A program made the translations under genes and the position numbers. A stretch of DNA of 64,000 nucleotides, taken from a virus. Lineage: Duplodnaviria > Caudoviricetes. The DNA lies in the IMG/VR virus record IMGVR_UViG_3300010885_031309; one strand, written 5' to 3'. This document shows, piece after piece, positions 1-9,087 of this stretch. Under the pieces are notes generated by a model that saw nothing but the letters and a program-made list of their open reading frames with translations, ran no database searches and had not been told where the DNA came from. Every line of letters starts with the position of its first letter. The stretch's first letter is position 1.

Positions 1-1
1 A

Positions 2-580
2 ATTCATCCTCCGTTTGGAAGTAATGATAAGCAGTTTCATACTACTGGCCATTTTGGAAATGCTATTCGCGGTATAAGTCATGCTCACTTGACACACAAT
101 ATCAGTGTTGTCTATCGTATTAGTGATGATGTACTAGAATTATATGGCATTTATACCCATGATGATATTGGAACAGGTCAGCCGCCAAATGTTCGTCGTC
201 AGGATTCTTGGGCCGACCGTTGGAACAATAGTGTTAGTGAACCCTTTAGTACTAGCGATCTAGCACCATCGCCATCAAAATCATCTACTGCTACTGTGGC
301 GTCAAAACAGTCGTCAGTAGTATATACTCCTAAAGCTAAAAGCACAGTTCCAACGATTACAGACCGTGTTTTACCGCTGGTTCAACGGGCTCAAGAAACA
401 TATCCTCAGCGAAACTTGCTATCTAAATATCAATCATCAAATATGCAAGAATTTATGACTGTTTTGGCAGGAGAAGTACGATACTTGCAATCTATTCGCC
501 GCGATGGTGGTCGTCTATATGCTAATCAATTGGAATATTTGAGTATTCTACAAGATATTGCCAAAATAGTATCTCGTTGA
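2..580 (+). CDS. RelE/YafQ-like mRNA interferase domain protein with C-terminal extension (5' end truncated by window)
   Basis: Frame is open from base 2: ...GISHAHLTHNISVVYRISDDVLELYGIYTHDD, resembling the RelE/YafQ 'HxHI..DxLLIY...L.L..IG.H' pattern. Confidence 0.5.
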   Translation: MHPPFGSNDKQFHTTGHFGNAIRGISHAHLTHNISVVYRISDDVLELYGIYTHDDIGTGQPPNVRRQDSWADRWNNSVSEPFSTSDLAPSPSKSSTATVASKQSSVVYTPKAKSTVPTITDRVLPLVQRAQETYPQRNLLSKYQSSNMQEFMTVLAGEVRYLQSIRRDGGRLYANQLEYLSILQDIAKIVSR

Positions 581-581
581 T

Positions 582-610
582 TTGACAATAAATCGGTTCT
601 CCGATATACT
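582..610 (+). promoter_or_regulatory. sigma70-type early promoter
   Basis: TTGACA-17-TATACT; spacer starts ATAAAT. Confidence 0.85.
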
Positions 611-638
611 GTTCTCATAGTCAGTAAACCGAGTTAAT

Positions 639-1061
639 ATGAACTTGATCATGGAAATGACCCCGCTTGATCGCCAACAATTGGTAGATGCTAGTCTACA
701 TTTTATGCGGGCTATCGGTAACATTTATGGAAGTGACCGTGCAATGGAAATGTGGAATACCATTGCAGACACGGTAAACCCAGACCTTAAGGGCTGGACA
801 TTTGAGGCAATGTTGCTGGGTCGCATGAGCGAAACCATTGTGATTACCGCATTGCCCAGATATCCTCCAGACAAGGTAGGAGTGATCAAAGCGATTAGAA
901 CCTATGATCGTCGTAATCTTGGCTTAAAAGAGGCAAAGGATATGTATGAGTCATTGGCAGACAGTCGTGCTACTCCAATCACGCTAGAAGTAACTCATGG
1001 AAGAACACCCGCGGCGCGTACAGAATTAATGAAGTTGGGCTGCGTTGGAATAGGAATTTAG
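639..1061 (+). CDS. Protein with ribosomal protein bL12 (L7/L12) C-terminal-like domain
   Basis: DKVGVIKAIRTY...LGLKEAKDMYE matches the bL12 CTD signature K(I/V)xVIKxVR...LGLKEAKDLVE. Confidence 0.65.
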   Translation: MNLIMEMTPLDRQQLVDASLHFMRAIGNIYGSDRAMEMWNTIADTVNPDLKGWTFEAMLLGRMSETIVITALPRYPPDKVGVIKAIRTYDRRNLGLKEAKDMYESLADSRATPITLEVTHGRTPAARTELMKLGCVGIGI

Positions 1062-1062
1062 T

Positions 1063-1767
1063 ATGTTTAATAATTTATTTGAAACAATCTCGCTAGATGA
1101 CAATCAGACAAAAATTTTCACACAGATAGATCCATTGACTGTCAGTGTGACTTATCATCGTCTTCGTACTGCAAAATCTTCTACAATTCCATATATTGAT
1201 CATTTTGACAATAATCTGTTGTATGCTCGGGTCAATCCATCAGATTATCTTACTGCTGCAAACATACGGTCCTACTATCAAAAGAAGTTAGTGTTCTGGA
1301 AGCTAAAGGGTATTGAACTGACACGATTTAGGACCGATCTAGAGAAATATCTTGTTAGAACTGACAACTACTACTACAGTAGTGAGCTAGGTCTACTTAC
1401 TAAGCTTCCTGAGTTTTACTACTATGATCTTCAGCTAGAAGCATTCCATGAACAACACTATTGTGAAGCTACTAGTTTTGATATTAAAAACACGGATGAT
1501 GAGTATATTTTTCTGAAAAAGTTTGAACGAAATATTAGATACAGAAAGTCTGCTATCTATTGGTTCAAGCGAACGGATGGAGCGTTAGTGTCATACGGCG
1601 TGGCTCTGCCAAATACACTTGCGTCGGCGTTTGATTCCGTGGTTTCAACTTCAAAATCACTGATTTTTACTGGACAATTTGATTTTTACAACACGCCCGT
1701 TCCGCACTATCAACTGAGCAAGCTTGCTACATTACAACCAATTTTTGACAATAAATCGGTTCAGTGA
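1063..1767 (+). CDS. Hypothetical phage protein
   Basis: 234 aa ORF; its last codons (FDNKSVQ) read through the next promoter. Confidence 0.6.
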   Translation: MFNNLFETISLDDNQTKIFTQIDPLTVSVTYHRLRTAKSSTIPYIDHFDNNLLYARVNPSDYLTAANIRSYYQKKLVFWKLKGIELTRFRTDLEKYLVRTDNYYYSSELGLLTKLPEFYYYDLQLEAFHEQHYCEATSFDIKNTDDEYIFLKKFERNIRYRKSAIYWFKRTDGALVSYGVALPNTLASAFDSVVSTSKSLIFTGQFDFYNTPVPHYQLSKLATLQPIFDNKSVQ

Positions 1768-1773
1768 TATACT
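1745..1773 (+). promoter_or_regulatory. sigma70-type early promoter
   Basis: TTGACA-ATAAATCGGTTCAGTGA-TATACT, near-identical to 582-610. Confidence 0.85.
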
Positions 1774-1801
1774 GCTCTCATAGTCAGAAACGGAGAGAAA
1801 C

Positions 1802-2098
1802 ATGACCAAGTTTGACAAGTCTCAGTTTACTAGTGGTGAAGTTGCAACTTACAATGGACGATTTGTGGCTCGCTTCAAGCGTGGAGGTCGTGCTTCTTTC
1901 ATTTCGTTTCTGTGCAAGAATTTCACTGTTGAAGAGTACTTTGCAGAACTGGATGCTGGATTGACTCCACTGCAAGTTCTTCAGAATCGCGGATACATTT
2001 TGCCACACATTGTGCGATGGCTCAAGCAACAAAACTATCCAGTTACTGCGGCTGGATACAAACAATTTATCACTGATCAATCTACTGCACGGATGTAA
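1802..2098 (+). CDS. Hypothetical phage protein
   Basis: GGAG RBS, directly downstream of an early promoter. Confidence 0.65.
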   Translation: MTKFDKSQFTSGEVATYNGRFVARFKRGGRASFISFLCKNFTVEEYFAELDAGLTPLQVLQNRGYILPHIVRWLKQQNYPVTAAGYKQFITDQSTARM

Positions 2099-2229
2099 TA
2101 ATGAGTCCAGAACTGTTGGCTGGTTTGTTGTTGATTGGCTTACCGATTTGGGTAATGATTATTGTATGGATACTAGTAAAGGTTTTAAACATTACTAGTG
2201 TTTTTGACTAACTATGAACATAAAATGAC

Positions 2230-2412
2230 ATGGGAAAAATTAAAGAAATTTTGCTTGAAATTGAAGACCGACTGAACGACAATCAATCTGTTGAGAGTAT
2301 TTCCAAAGATTTGAGTGTGTCTGCGGACTACATCACAGAAGTTGAATTGGAAATGAACTGGAGCCAATTTGCTCTGGTTTGTGAAGACCCTGAATATTTG
2401 AGGACCGTATAA
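2230..2412 (+). CDS. Small acidic hypothetical protein
   Basis: 60 aa ORF coupled to the next gene (TAATG). Confidence 0.55.
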   Translation: MGKIKEILLEIEDRLNDNQSVESISKDLSVSADYITEVELEMNWSQFALVCEDPEYLRTV

Positions 2413-2588
2413 TGAAGCGTGAAATTATTTCGTTTTCTGTTGCTAAGTCGCGCAATTTTGTTGCTCGCGATATGTTGAACCGTGATGGCCCATTCAAGCC
2501 GCGAGTTGAGAACACACAACGAGAATATCGTCGTAATGACAAACATCGTAAGAACTATTCGGATTACAACGACCGTTTTTATCGGTAA
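2412..2588 (+). CDS. ArfA-like small basic protein (58 aa, not in ORF track)
   Basis: MKREIISFSVAKSRNFVARDMLNRDGPFKPRVENTQREYRRNDKHRKNYSDYNDRFYR; N..A..L..P.F+.RVE...Y.R..KH resembles ArfA but lacks KKGKGS. Confidence 0.4.
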   Translation: MKREIISFSVAKSRNFVARDMLNRDGPFKPRVENTQREYRRNDKHRKNYSDYNDRFYR

Positions 2589-2606
2589 TTTGGAAGAGTT
2601 AATTGG

Positions 2607-2635
2607 TTGACAAATAATCGTCGTTGAGTTATACT
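2607..2635 (+). promoter_or_regulatory. sigma70-type early promoter
   Basis: TTGACA-17-TATACT. Confidence 0.8.
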
Positions 2636-2713
2636 ACTGTTTACTGTTGAGCAATTGGGATCTTCCCGAGTTCTGATTGTTCATTTTTAATCATCGGGTT
2701 ATAAGGAAATTTC

Positions 2714-3172
2714 ATGGCTACTCTTAATACTCTTTGGACTTGTGTTGGAATCACCAAGCATGTTGGTGCTAATGGTAAGGAAGTTGTAAAAGTTCGTTGC
2801 GGCGTTGACTTGGCTCGTCGCATCAAGTCTAGTCAGTCTGCGTCTTATGTAAAGAGTCGCGGCGAAAAACTTAAAGAAGTTCGTACTGACTTTATTTCTC
2901 TACCTACTCCCATGTTGCGTCTGGATGCACTAAAATTTGCTCTTGCTGCATCTGAGTTTCAATCTTCATCGGATCAGGCACTAATTCAGGACGCTATTGA
3001 TAGTCGCGTACCAAAGACTGCAAAGACTACCAAGGTAACTGCTACCCGTTCTTCAAAGAAGACTGCTCCAAGTCTGGACAGCATCAAGAGTCGTGTTCGT
3101 AAGAGCCGTGCTACTGCCGATGATGTTCTGGCTGCGGTAGTCGCGACTGAAACTGTAACAAAAACAGTTTAA
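2714..3172 (+). CDS. Basic hypothetical protein with K/T/S-rich tail
   Basis: AAGGA RBS; 152 aa; strongly biased, early-gene-like codon use. Confidence 0.65.
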   Translation: MATLNTLWTCVGITKHVGANGKEVVKVRCGVDLARRIKSSQSASYVKSRGEKLKEVRTDFISLPTPMLRLDALKFALAASEFQSSSDQALIQDAIDSRVPKTAKTTKVTATRSSKKTAPSLDSIKSRVRKSRATADDVLAAVVATETVTKTV

Positions 3173-3181
3173 GGACTTATA

Positions 3182-3403
3182 ATGAGTAGGTTATCCTCGG
3201 TTGGTCGTCAGTGGGTCAGCTTTGATCCAATGAACGAAAATCATCGTCGTTGGTATGCGGACTTTGAGCGAACAAAAACTTGGGGTAGTTGTCCCGTTAG
3301 GTTCTTTGTCAACGAGGACCACGGGGATCTACTCAGTATGATCAGGTCTCAGCTAATTCAGTACTATATTAAGAGAGAATTCCAAGACAAAATTTGTCAA
3401 TAA
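3182..3403 (+). CDS. Hypothetical phage protein
   Basis: AAGGA RBS; 73 aa. Confidence 0.6.
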   Translation: MSRLSSVGRQWVSFDPMNENHRRWYADFERTKTWGSCPVRFFVNEDHGDLLSMIRSQLIQYYIKREFQDKICQ

Positions 3404-3422
3404 ATTGGAATTCTGATATACT
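3394..3422 (+). promoter_or_regulatory. sigma70-type early promoter
   Basis: TTGTCA-ATAAAT...-TATACT with the GCTCTCATAGT tail shared with 1745. Confidence 0.75.
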
Positions 3423-3451
3423 GCTCTCATAGTAGATAAGAGGATGCAGCG

Positions 3452-3655
3452 ATGAAGACCAGCACCAAAATTCGTGGTTACTCTGTGCAAGGTCGCGATG
3501 AGATACTTAGAGTTACCTTTGTCACTGGCTTGGAAAGCACGGAAAAACAGGACAGAAAGAGTCTGGGACAGATGCTTGCAAGTCATCAGTATTCCGAAAA
3601 AGAGAAAAAGACTCTGCGAGTTGTTCGTATCTCTGAAGTTATTGAAGAAATTTGA
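3452..3655 (+). CDS. Hypothetical protein
   Basis: GAGG RBS; stop codon is the TGA of the next -35 box. Confidence 0.55.
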   Translation: MKTSTKIRGYSVQGRDEILRVTFVTGLESTEKQDRKSLGQMLASHQYSEKEKKTLRVVRISEVIEEI

Positions 3656-3680
3656 CAATAATTCGGTTTGGTGATACACT
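3652..3680 (+). promoter_or_regulatory. sigma70-type early promoter
   Basis: TTGACA-17-TACACT. Confidence 0.8.
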
Positions 3681-3711
3681 GTATTCAAGTTAGAAAAACA
3701 GGAGAAACATC

Positions 3712-3954
3712 ATGAACGGCAAGATCAAGTTTCATAAGGCAACGGGTCCCGCGTTCAATGTGGGCGAAGTGTGGGTTAGCGTCACTGGCGTCAAGGTGGA
3801 AATCGTTGAGGTGGTCAAGTATCCTGGTGTCACCGAGGATCACACTGACGACTATAGCGTGACCTATCGTAACACCGTTGATGGAAGCCTTCACGAAAAG
3901 GATGCCTGGAATTTCCAGGTTCGCTACACCCACAACGCCGACCAGTTTGTGTGA
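3712..3954 (+). CDS. Hypothetical protein
   Basis: GGAG RBS; higher GC than flanks. Confidence 0.6.
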   Translation: MNGKIKFHKATGPAFNVGEVWVSVTGVKVEIVEVVKYPGVTEDHTDDYSVTYRNTVDGSLHEKDAWNFQVRYTHNADQFV

Positions 3955-3973
3955 TGTGGGCAAGGAGCACACA

Positions 3974-4168
3974 ATGAACGAACAAATCAAAGAACTGGCG
4001 AGAGAATGCGGACTCCCTACTGATTCTGATAGAACCTTAACCCATGAGGTCGAGAGGTTCGCAGAAGATATGGTGAGGAAATGTAGCCTCTACCTTTGGA
4101 AGAATGAACCAGAATGGACTGCCTTCAAGGAAGATCGTCTGTTCAAACATTTCGGAGTTTCGGAATGA
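3974..4168 (+). CDS. 'MNERIKEL...EKFAELIVREC...EHFGV' family small protein (copy 1)
   Basis: MNEQIKELARECG...ERFAEDMVRKC...KHFGVSE; AAGGAG RBS supports start at 3974. Confidence 0.65.
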   Translation: MNEQIKELARECGLPTDSDRTLTHEVERFAEDMVRKCSLYLWKNEPEWTAFKEDRLFKHFGVSE

Positions 4169-4552
4169 CTACTCAGATAAACGAATTAAAAAAATATCCG
4201 AACTGGATTGATACTCTCACGAAAGAACAACAGTATGCATGGTATGTGAGCATCAAGAAATCTTTGTCGCAGTGGCAAGAGCTGGGTGACATCACTGAGC
4301 TAGAACTAGCAATCAAAGAGTACGAAATCAAAAACAACATTGTATGAAGATTGCTGAAGTCACCAGCGATGCAAGAAAAGTAATCAGACGGCTACAAAAT
4401 CTGTACTTGACATACTCGTTAAATGCTAATACATATAATGAACTTATGAATTTTATATTGGAAATTAGTAACACAGGTGATGCTGATGTGCTTAAAGAGA
4501 TTGCTATTATCAAAGCAAAATTGTATAATGAATTGATTGTCATACTGAGAAA

Positions 4553-4825
4553 ATGAACGAACGAATCCTTGAACTTGTTAATCAAGCTGACATCAAATTT
4601 GATGTTTCTTCTGACAATTACGGTGTTGATACTGCTACAGTAACACCTTATGATTTAGAGAAGTTCGCCGAGTTGATTGTGCGTGAGTGCCTAAGGATCG
4701 TGGACGAAAATACCTACGGTCCGGGTGGTCTATACGATTATAGCTACTCCAGCGCGTCGGCTGCTGCTGACGACAGAGCAACCGCAATTTACACTAATAT
4801 CAGGGAACATTTCGGAGTCAAGTGA
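4553..4825 (+). CDS. MNERI family small protein (copy 2)
   Basis: MNERILEL...EKFAELIVREC...EHFGVK. Confidence 0.7.
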   Translation: MNERILELVNQADIKFDVSSDNYGVDTATVTPYDLEKFAELIVRECLRIVDENTYGPGGLYDYSYSSASAAADDRATAIYTNIREHFGVK

Positions 4826-5046
4826 TGAACGAACGAATTAAGGAACTCAAGCATCAAGCATCGCTATGGTGTGATAAGAATATTCCCGAGCAATATTCTG
4901 AAGAAACAAATGGATATGGTCGGGTTTGGGAGGACAAGTTCGCCGTTCTGATTATTCAGGAATGTGCTCGTAAAGTTGAAGATATGATTGACAATGGATG
5001 GTATGCTGATACCGGAGAAATGAAGGAACATTTCGGAGTTGAATGA
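4822..5046 (+). CDS. MNERI family small protein (copy 3)
   Basis: MNERIKEL...DKFAVLIIQEC...EHFGVE. Confidence 0.7.
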   Translation: MMNERIKELKHQASLWCDKNIPEQYSEETNGYGRVWEDKFAVLIIQECARKVEDMIDNGWYADTGEMKEHFGVE

Positions 5047-5252
5047 TGAAAGTATCAGAATCTCCCTATGGTATGACAGAATCTTACAGTGTAAAGTTTT
5101 GGTATATAAATCAAGAAGGATTTTATAGTCAAATTGAAGAGACTATTTGGGCTAATAGCAAAAGTGCCCATGATGCGGTAGAGAAGTATTGTAATAAAAA
5201 TCTATCAAAATTCTATAAGAATTTCAGAATTATCAGTGTAACTTATCAATAA
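5043..5252 (+). CDS. Hypothetical protein
   Basis: ATGA-overlap coupling with the upstream gene. Confidence 0.5.
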   Translation: MMKVSESPYGMTESYSVKFWYINQEGFYSQIEETIWANSKSAHDAVEKYCNKNLSKFYKNFRIISVTYQ

Positions 5253-5404
5253 ACATGTTGGAGTTGAATGATGACACGGGCATACGAACGCACCAGCCAA
5301 CGACTGTTAGTTGGACTATCCAAACCCAAGAAGTACTGTCGGGTATGGGAAGGTAGGCTTATTTGTGGGACACAGAGCCTGCACCGGAGTCGTTCAGGTT
5401 GCCG

Positions 5405-5902
5405 TTACCGTATGTTCTGGCGTATCAAGAGTCTGCGCACCATTCTGACCAAGATTGACCCTATGAGTGAAAGAGTTTGACAATAAATCTGAGAAAGCTT
5501 AGATAATTTTCTTATTTCCCCTGTCGTCTTATGTTTGGCAGTGATCATCCCTGAATTTACTTTTGAAGCCGCTAACGATGCCGAATATCCGCCACCCGCA
5601 CAGTGCCCATTTAGGTAATTTTTGTTAGCCGGGACTTTCAATTTTTTAAGAACTCTTGACTCTCATGACACGGTTTCTTTTGGGTTATTTCCAAAAACTC
5701 GTCGAATTTCTTTTATATCAGGTTCGCCGTGCTGACTTGTCATCCTTTTGACTAGGGTACTCGATGTATAATACGTCACCCAAAAGTCAGACGGGTCACA
5801 GCCCTTAGCATAGCGGGACCCATAATAATTTATATTCAGTTTTGACCAACCTATTCTGTAGGTGTAACAATTTCTACTGTGGCAATTTTTCTTAGAGGGC
5901 AT
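5405..5902 (-). pseudogene. Inactivated GIY-YIG/Seg-like homing endonuclease
   Basis: YTYRIGWSKLNINYYGSRYAKGCDPSDFWVTYYTSS N-terminus; in-frame TGA at 5663-5665 (TVS*ESRVLKKLKVPANKNYLN, where related proteins have WE); same frame resumes and degenerates at the promoter repeat near 5480. Confidence 0.65.
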
Positions 5903-5923
5903 AAATTATTTATTACATATCAC

Positions 5924-5951
5924 TTGACAATAAACTTTTTTTCAGTATAAT
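5924..5951 (+). promoter_or_regulatory. sigma70-type early promoter for RNA ligase
   Basis: TTGACA-16-TATAAT. Confidence 0.7.
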
Positions 5952-5980
5952 ACTAAGTATTGAGATTACAAGGATAAATC

Positions 5981-6991
5981 ATGACTGACCGCAAGATGGC
6001 ATGGATTGCCAAAATAGACGAAGTTTCTCCTATTCCTAATGCCGACTCAATTGAGGCATATCGTGTTGGTGGATGGTGGGTAGTAGACAAGAAAAGTGCC
6101 TACAAAGTCAACGACATCTGCGTATATGTTTCCGTTGACAGTTGGGTGCCCACTGAACTAGCACCATTCTTGACCAAAGGTAGTGAGCCACGTGAATACA
6201 ATGGTGTCAAGGGTGAACGTCTGCGTACTGTGCGTTTGAGAAACACTCTATCACAAGGTTTGCTTATTCCTGCACTGGGTACTTTTTCAGAAGGCACGGA
6301 TATGACTGAAGCACTTGGCATCCAAAAGTGGGAAGCACCTGTTCCTGCGCAATTGGCTGGTCAAGTTCGTGGTATGTTCCCTTCGTGGGGTAAGCGGACT
6401 GATGCAGAACGGTGTCAGAATATTACCACAGAAATTACAGAAGCATACAATAATGATGTAAAATTTGAGGTTACCATTAAGTTGGATGGAACTTCAATGT
6501 CTGCGGGGATTGGACCAGATGGTGAATTTCATGTATGTTCACGTAATCTTTCATTGAAACTGGATCAAATTGGAAACACTTATGTTGATGTAGCCAAGAT
6601 GTATAACCTAGAAGACAAGATGCGGTCACTTGGACGACCACTTATGATTTCTGGGGAGTGCCTCGGCGAAGGAATTCAGAAGAACCAGGAAAAGATTAAG
6701 GGGCATGATTTCTATGTGTTTAACATTTGGGACCCTGTTCGCGGAGAATACATTTCAAGTGAAGAGCGTATGATTATTGTACGAGAACTTGGTCTTAAGC
6801 ATGCTCCAGTAATTCATGATTCTGTTACCCTGCGTGATCTAGGATTGGAAACAGTTGAACAGATTTTGAAGTTCGCTGAGGGTCCATCTTTGAATGCAGC
6901 ATCTCGTGAAGGTGTGGTATTTAAGTCAATTGATGGGTCATTTATGTTTAAGGCTGTGAGTAATTCATGGCTAATCAAACATGGAGAGTAA
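5981..6991 (+). CDS. ATP-dependent RNA ligase (DRB0094/Rnl2-like, N-terminal OB-like domain)
   Basis: Motif I KLDGTS, SRN, GE, FNIW, EGVVFK, FKAVS; N-terminal IPNADSIEAYRVGGWWVV. Confidence 0.85.
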   Translation: MTDRKMAWIAKIDEVSPIPNADSIEAYRVGGWWVVDKKSAYKVNDICVYVSVDSWVPTELAPFLTKGSEPREYNGVKGERLRTVRLRNTLSQGLLIPALGTFSEGTDMTEALGIQKWEAPVPAQLAGQVRGMFPSWGKRTDAERCQNITTEITEAYNNDVKFEVTIKLDGTSMSAGIGPDGEFHVCSRNLSLKLDQIGNTYVDVAKMYNLEDKMRSLGRPLMISGECLGEGIQKNQEKIKGHDFYVFNIWDPVRGEYISSEERMIIVRELGLKHAPVIHDSVTLRDLGLETVEQILKFAEGPSLNAASREGVVFKSIDGSFMFKAVSNSWLIKHGE

Positions 6992-6993
6992 AC

Positions 6994-7197
6994 ATGCGTG
7001 ATGATGAAAAAACACTGAGTGACTATCCTTTAGGATCCGTGTTCCTTCTGGGAGTGTTTCTGGTTATGGTGTTTTGGGCAGCAGTGTTCCTAGGATGGGC
7101 TGTTGCTCACAACACTGTTGCAAAAGAGTGTCAACGACTTGGTTCATTCTACGTGGGCAACACTGTATATGAGTGTAAAGCAAAGACAGGAGAGTAA
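6994..7197 (+). CDS. Small membrane-anchored protein
   Basis: One long hydrophobic helix; GGAG RBS. Confidence 0.55.
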   Translation: MRDDEKTLSDYPLGSVFLLGVFLVMVFWAAVFLGWAVAHNTVAKECQRLGSFYVGNTVYECKAKTGE

Positions 7198-7199
7198 AC

Positions 7200-7418
7200 A
7201 TGAGTGAAGATATCCAAGACTCGGGCAGTAGCAAGGCCCGAGCACAATTACAAAAGATTGACGAGCAGATTGCTGCCTACAACCGTAAGGTGTCCAAAGA
7301 GCGCTCTGTTGACATTGAGCGACATTGGCGGGCACGTGCTGAACGCAAGCGTCAATTGATGATCAAGGTGCGTGAACTGTTCACTCAGTCTGAACTTGAT
7401 GATCTTGGATTGTATTGA
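7200..7418 (+). CDS. Hypothetical coiled-coil protein
   Basis: GGAG RBS; 72 aa. Confidence 0.55.
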   Translation: MSEDIQDSGSSKARAQLQKIDEQIAAYNRKVSKERSVDIERHWRARAERKRQLMIKVRELFTQSELDDLGLY

Positions 7419-7505
7419 AAACCCGAATGGCTGATGGATACTTTTTCCAAATAGTCACGCAATAATTTAGATATCTGATATAATATTTGTTCAAAGGAGT
7501 AAATC

Positions 7506-7721
7506 ATGGAAAATGAAGTTCGCGTTGTAAATGGTTATGTTCAAAACAGTGATGGCAAGTGGGTTCTTACTGAAGAAGCAAAGGCAGAATCTAAGGCACT
7601 ATACTACAGTGGTCGTCTTGCATATGACAGGGAAGATACCAGTCATGCTATTGGTCGCTACAATTCCATTGGCGAAGTTATTCCGTTCAAGCCCTGGCCA
7701 TCCAAGTCCGTCGTTGAGTAA
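7506..7721 (+). CDS. Hypothetical protein
   Basis: AAGGAG RBS. Confidence 0.55.
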   Translation: MENEVRVVNGYVQNSDGKWVLTEEAKAESKALYYSGRLAYDREDTSHAIGRYNSIGEVIPFKPWPSKSVVE

Positions 7722-7735
7722 ACGCTGACGCAATC

Positions 7736-8143
7736 ATGGGACTAGATCAATACGCATATGTCGCGGCCCGAGCCGACACAGAACATGGTGATCTCAGTAG
7801 GCGAGAATTGGCTTACTGGAGGAAACATCCGAACCTTCAAGGATGGATGGAGCGACTTTGGCTTAAAAAACTTGATGTGCCCAATAACGAAGGTGATCGG
7901 TTTATTGAATATAATTATCCGCCGCAAGATTTCAATTGTGTTGAACTCCAACTAAGTTGGGATGATATTGACAGACTTGAAAAGGATATTCTGTCCGGTG
8001 TGGTAGCTAAACTGGATACGCGAGGATTCTTTTTTGGTAATCATAGCGATTATCACTACCGTGAATATGATTTGAAATTTTGCAGAACGGCTAAAGCAGA
8101 GTTGTTTACTGGTCTAAAAGTATTTTATAATTCAAGTTGGTAA
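7736..8143 (+). CDS. Conserved phage hypothetical protein (MGLD...YWRK family)
   Basis: MGLDQY...LAYWRKHPNLQGWM...GFFFG...YNSSW pattern. Confidence 0.65.
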   Translation: MGLDQYAYVAARADTEHGDLSRRELAYWRKHPNLQGWMERLWLKKLDVPNNEGDRFIEYNYPPQDFNCVELQLSWDDIDRLEKDILSGVVAKLDTRGFFFGNHSDYHYREYDLKFCRTAKAELFTGLKVFYNSSW

Positions 8144-8487
8144 CTAAAATGGCTGGATATAGTCTTGTTCGCAAAGTGCATGAACTAGAAGAACGCTGTG
8201 AGAGATTGGGTTTTATGATGTGTCCTAGCAGGCATAATTATACAGATTCAGTAGCGGTAATTCCCAAGTGTGCGAATAGTCTGCCAATCTATAGTCGCGA
8301 TGCTGAATTGTTTGTGGGCACACTTGAACAACTTGAAGTCTGGATACACGGCATTGAGTGGGCACGAGATTATGACAGAATGATTAAGTTAAGTGATAAT
8401 ACCAAGCGTGAGCGCAAAGAACAGGATGAACGAAATCGCATATTAGTTTCTATCTTGCGCGATGAAGAAATAAAAATTAAGGAGTAG
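8137..8487 (+). CDS. Hypothetical protein
   Basis: 116 aa ORF in operon. Confidence 0.55.
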   Translation: MVTKMAGYSLVRKVHELEERCERLGFMMCPSRHNYTDSVAVIPKCANSLPIYSRDAELFVGTLEQLEVWIHGIEWARDYDRMIKLSDNTKRERKEQDERNRILVSILRDEEIKIKE

Positions 8488-8585
8488 TGATGAATTATAA
8501 ATATCATTGCGAGATATTACTTTTAGTGAAGGCGAACGTTGAACTAGCACAATGAAAAATGGTACACCAATTAGTGTACTACGTG

Positions 8586-9056
8586 CTGATGATTCGGATG
8601 ATTACAAAGAATTTTGGATTAATCTTGGTTGAAAACTAATTTAATTCATTTAAATATTTTTAGGAGAAACATATGGACTACTTATTAGGTTCTATTATTT
8701 GGTTAACATTTCAGTGGGCTCCCGTGGGCACCATGCTTGCAGAAGGTCAATGTTTAAGTATTGCTCAAAATGCAGCATTATATAGTTTAGTGGGCAATAG
8801 ATACGGTGGTGATGGTCGTCAGACATTCTGTGTACCAGATCTACGTCCAAAAAATCAAAATGGACAAGCTGACTGGGGTAATGGTCCTCGTGCAGTAATT
8901 GTCACTAGCGGTATATATCCAAGTCGTCCTTGATAGAGTAGAAAAACAATCTCTATTATAGAGATAAAGTTATTAATCATTATTAAAATCCCATAAATGT
9001 TGATACTTTGATAAGTCTGATGATTCAGATGATTACAAAGAATTTTGAATTGATCT
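8586..9056. repeat. 40-bp imperfect direct repeats (8586-8625 and 9017-9056) flanking the tail-collar gene
   Basis: ctgatgattcggatgattacaaagaattttggattaatct vs ctgatgattcagatgattacaaagaattttgaattgatct, 37/40 identical. Confidence 0.85.
8673..8933 (+). CDS. Stand-alone phage tail collar domain protein
   Basis: GSIIW...AP.GTMLAEGQCLSIAQNAALYSLVGNRYGGDGRQTFCVPDLR...GIYPSRP. Confidence 0.85.
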   Translation: MDYLLGSIIWLTFQWAPVGTMLAEGQCLSIAQNAALYSLVGNRYGGDGRQTFCVPDLRPKNQNGQADWGNGPRAVIVTSGIYPSRP

Positions 9057-9087
9057 GTACTAACCGTTCTAAAAATTAGGAATAGTA

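Noticed and set aside
5663-9050. TGA-to-Trp recoding (two TGG-to-TGA changes at 5663 and ~9047)
   Set aside because: Many well-supported genes (IF-1, bS21, thermonuclease, the TTGACA-terminated ORFs) end in TGA, and no UCA-anticodon tRNA is present; these are more simply nonsense mutations.
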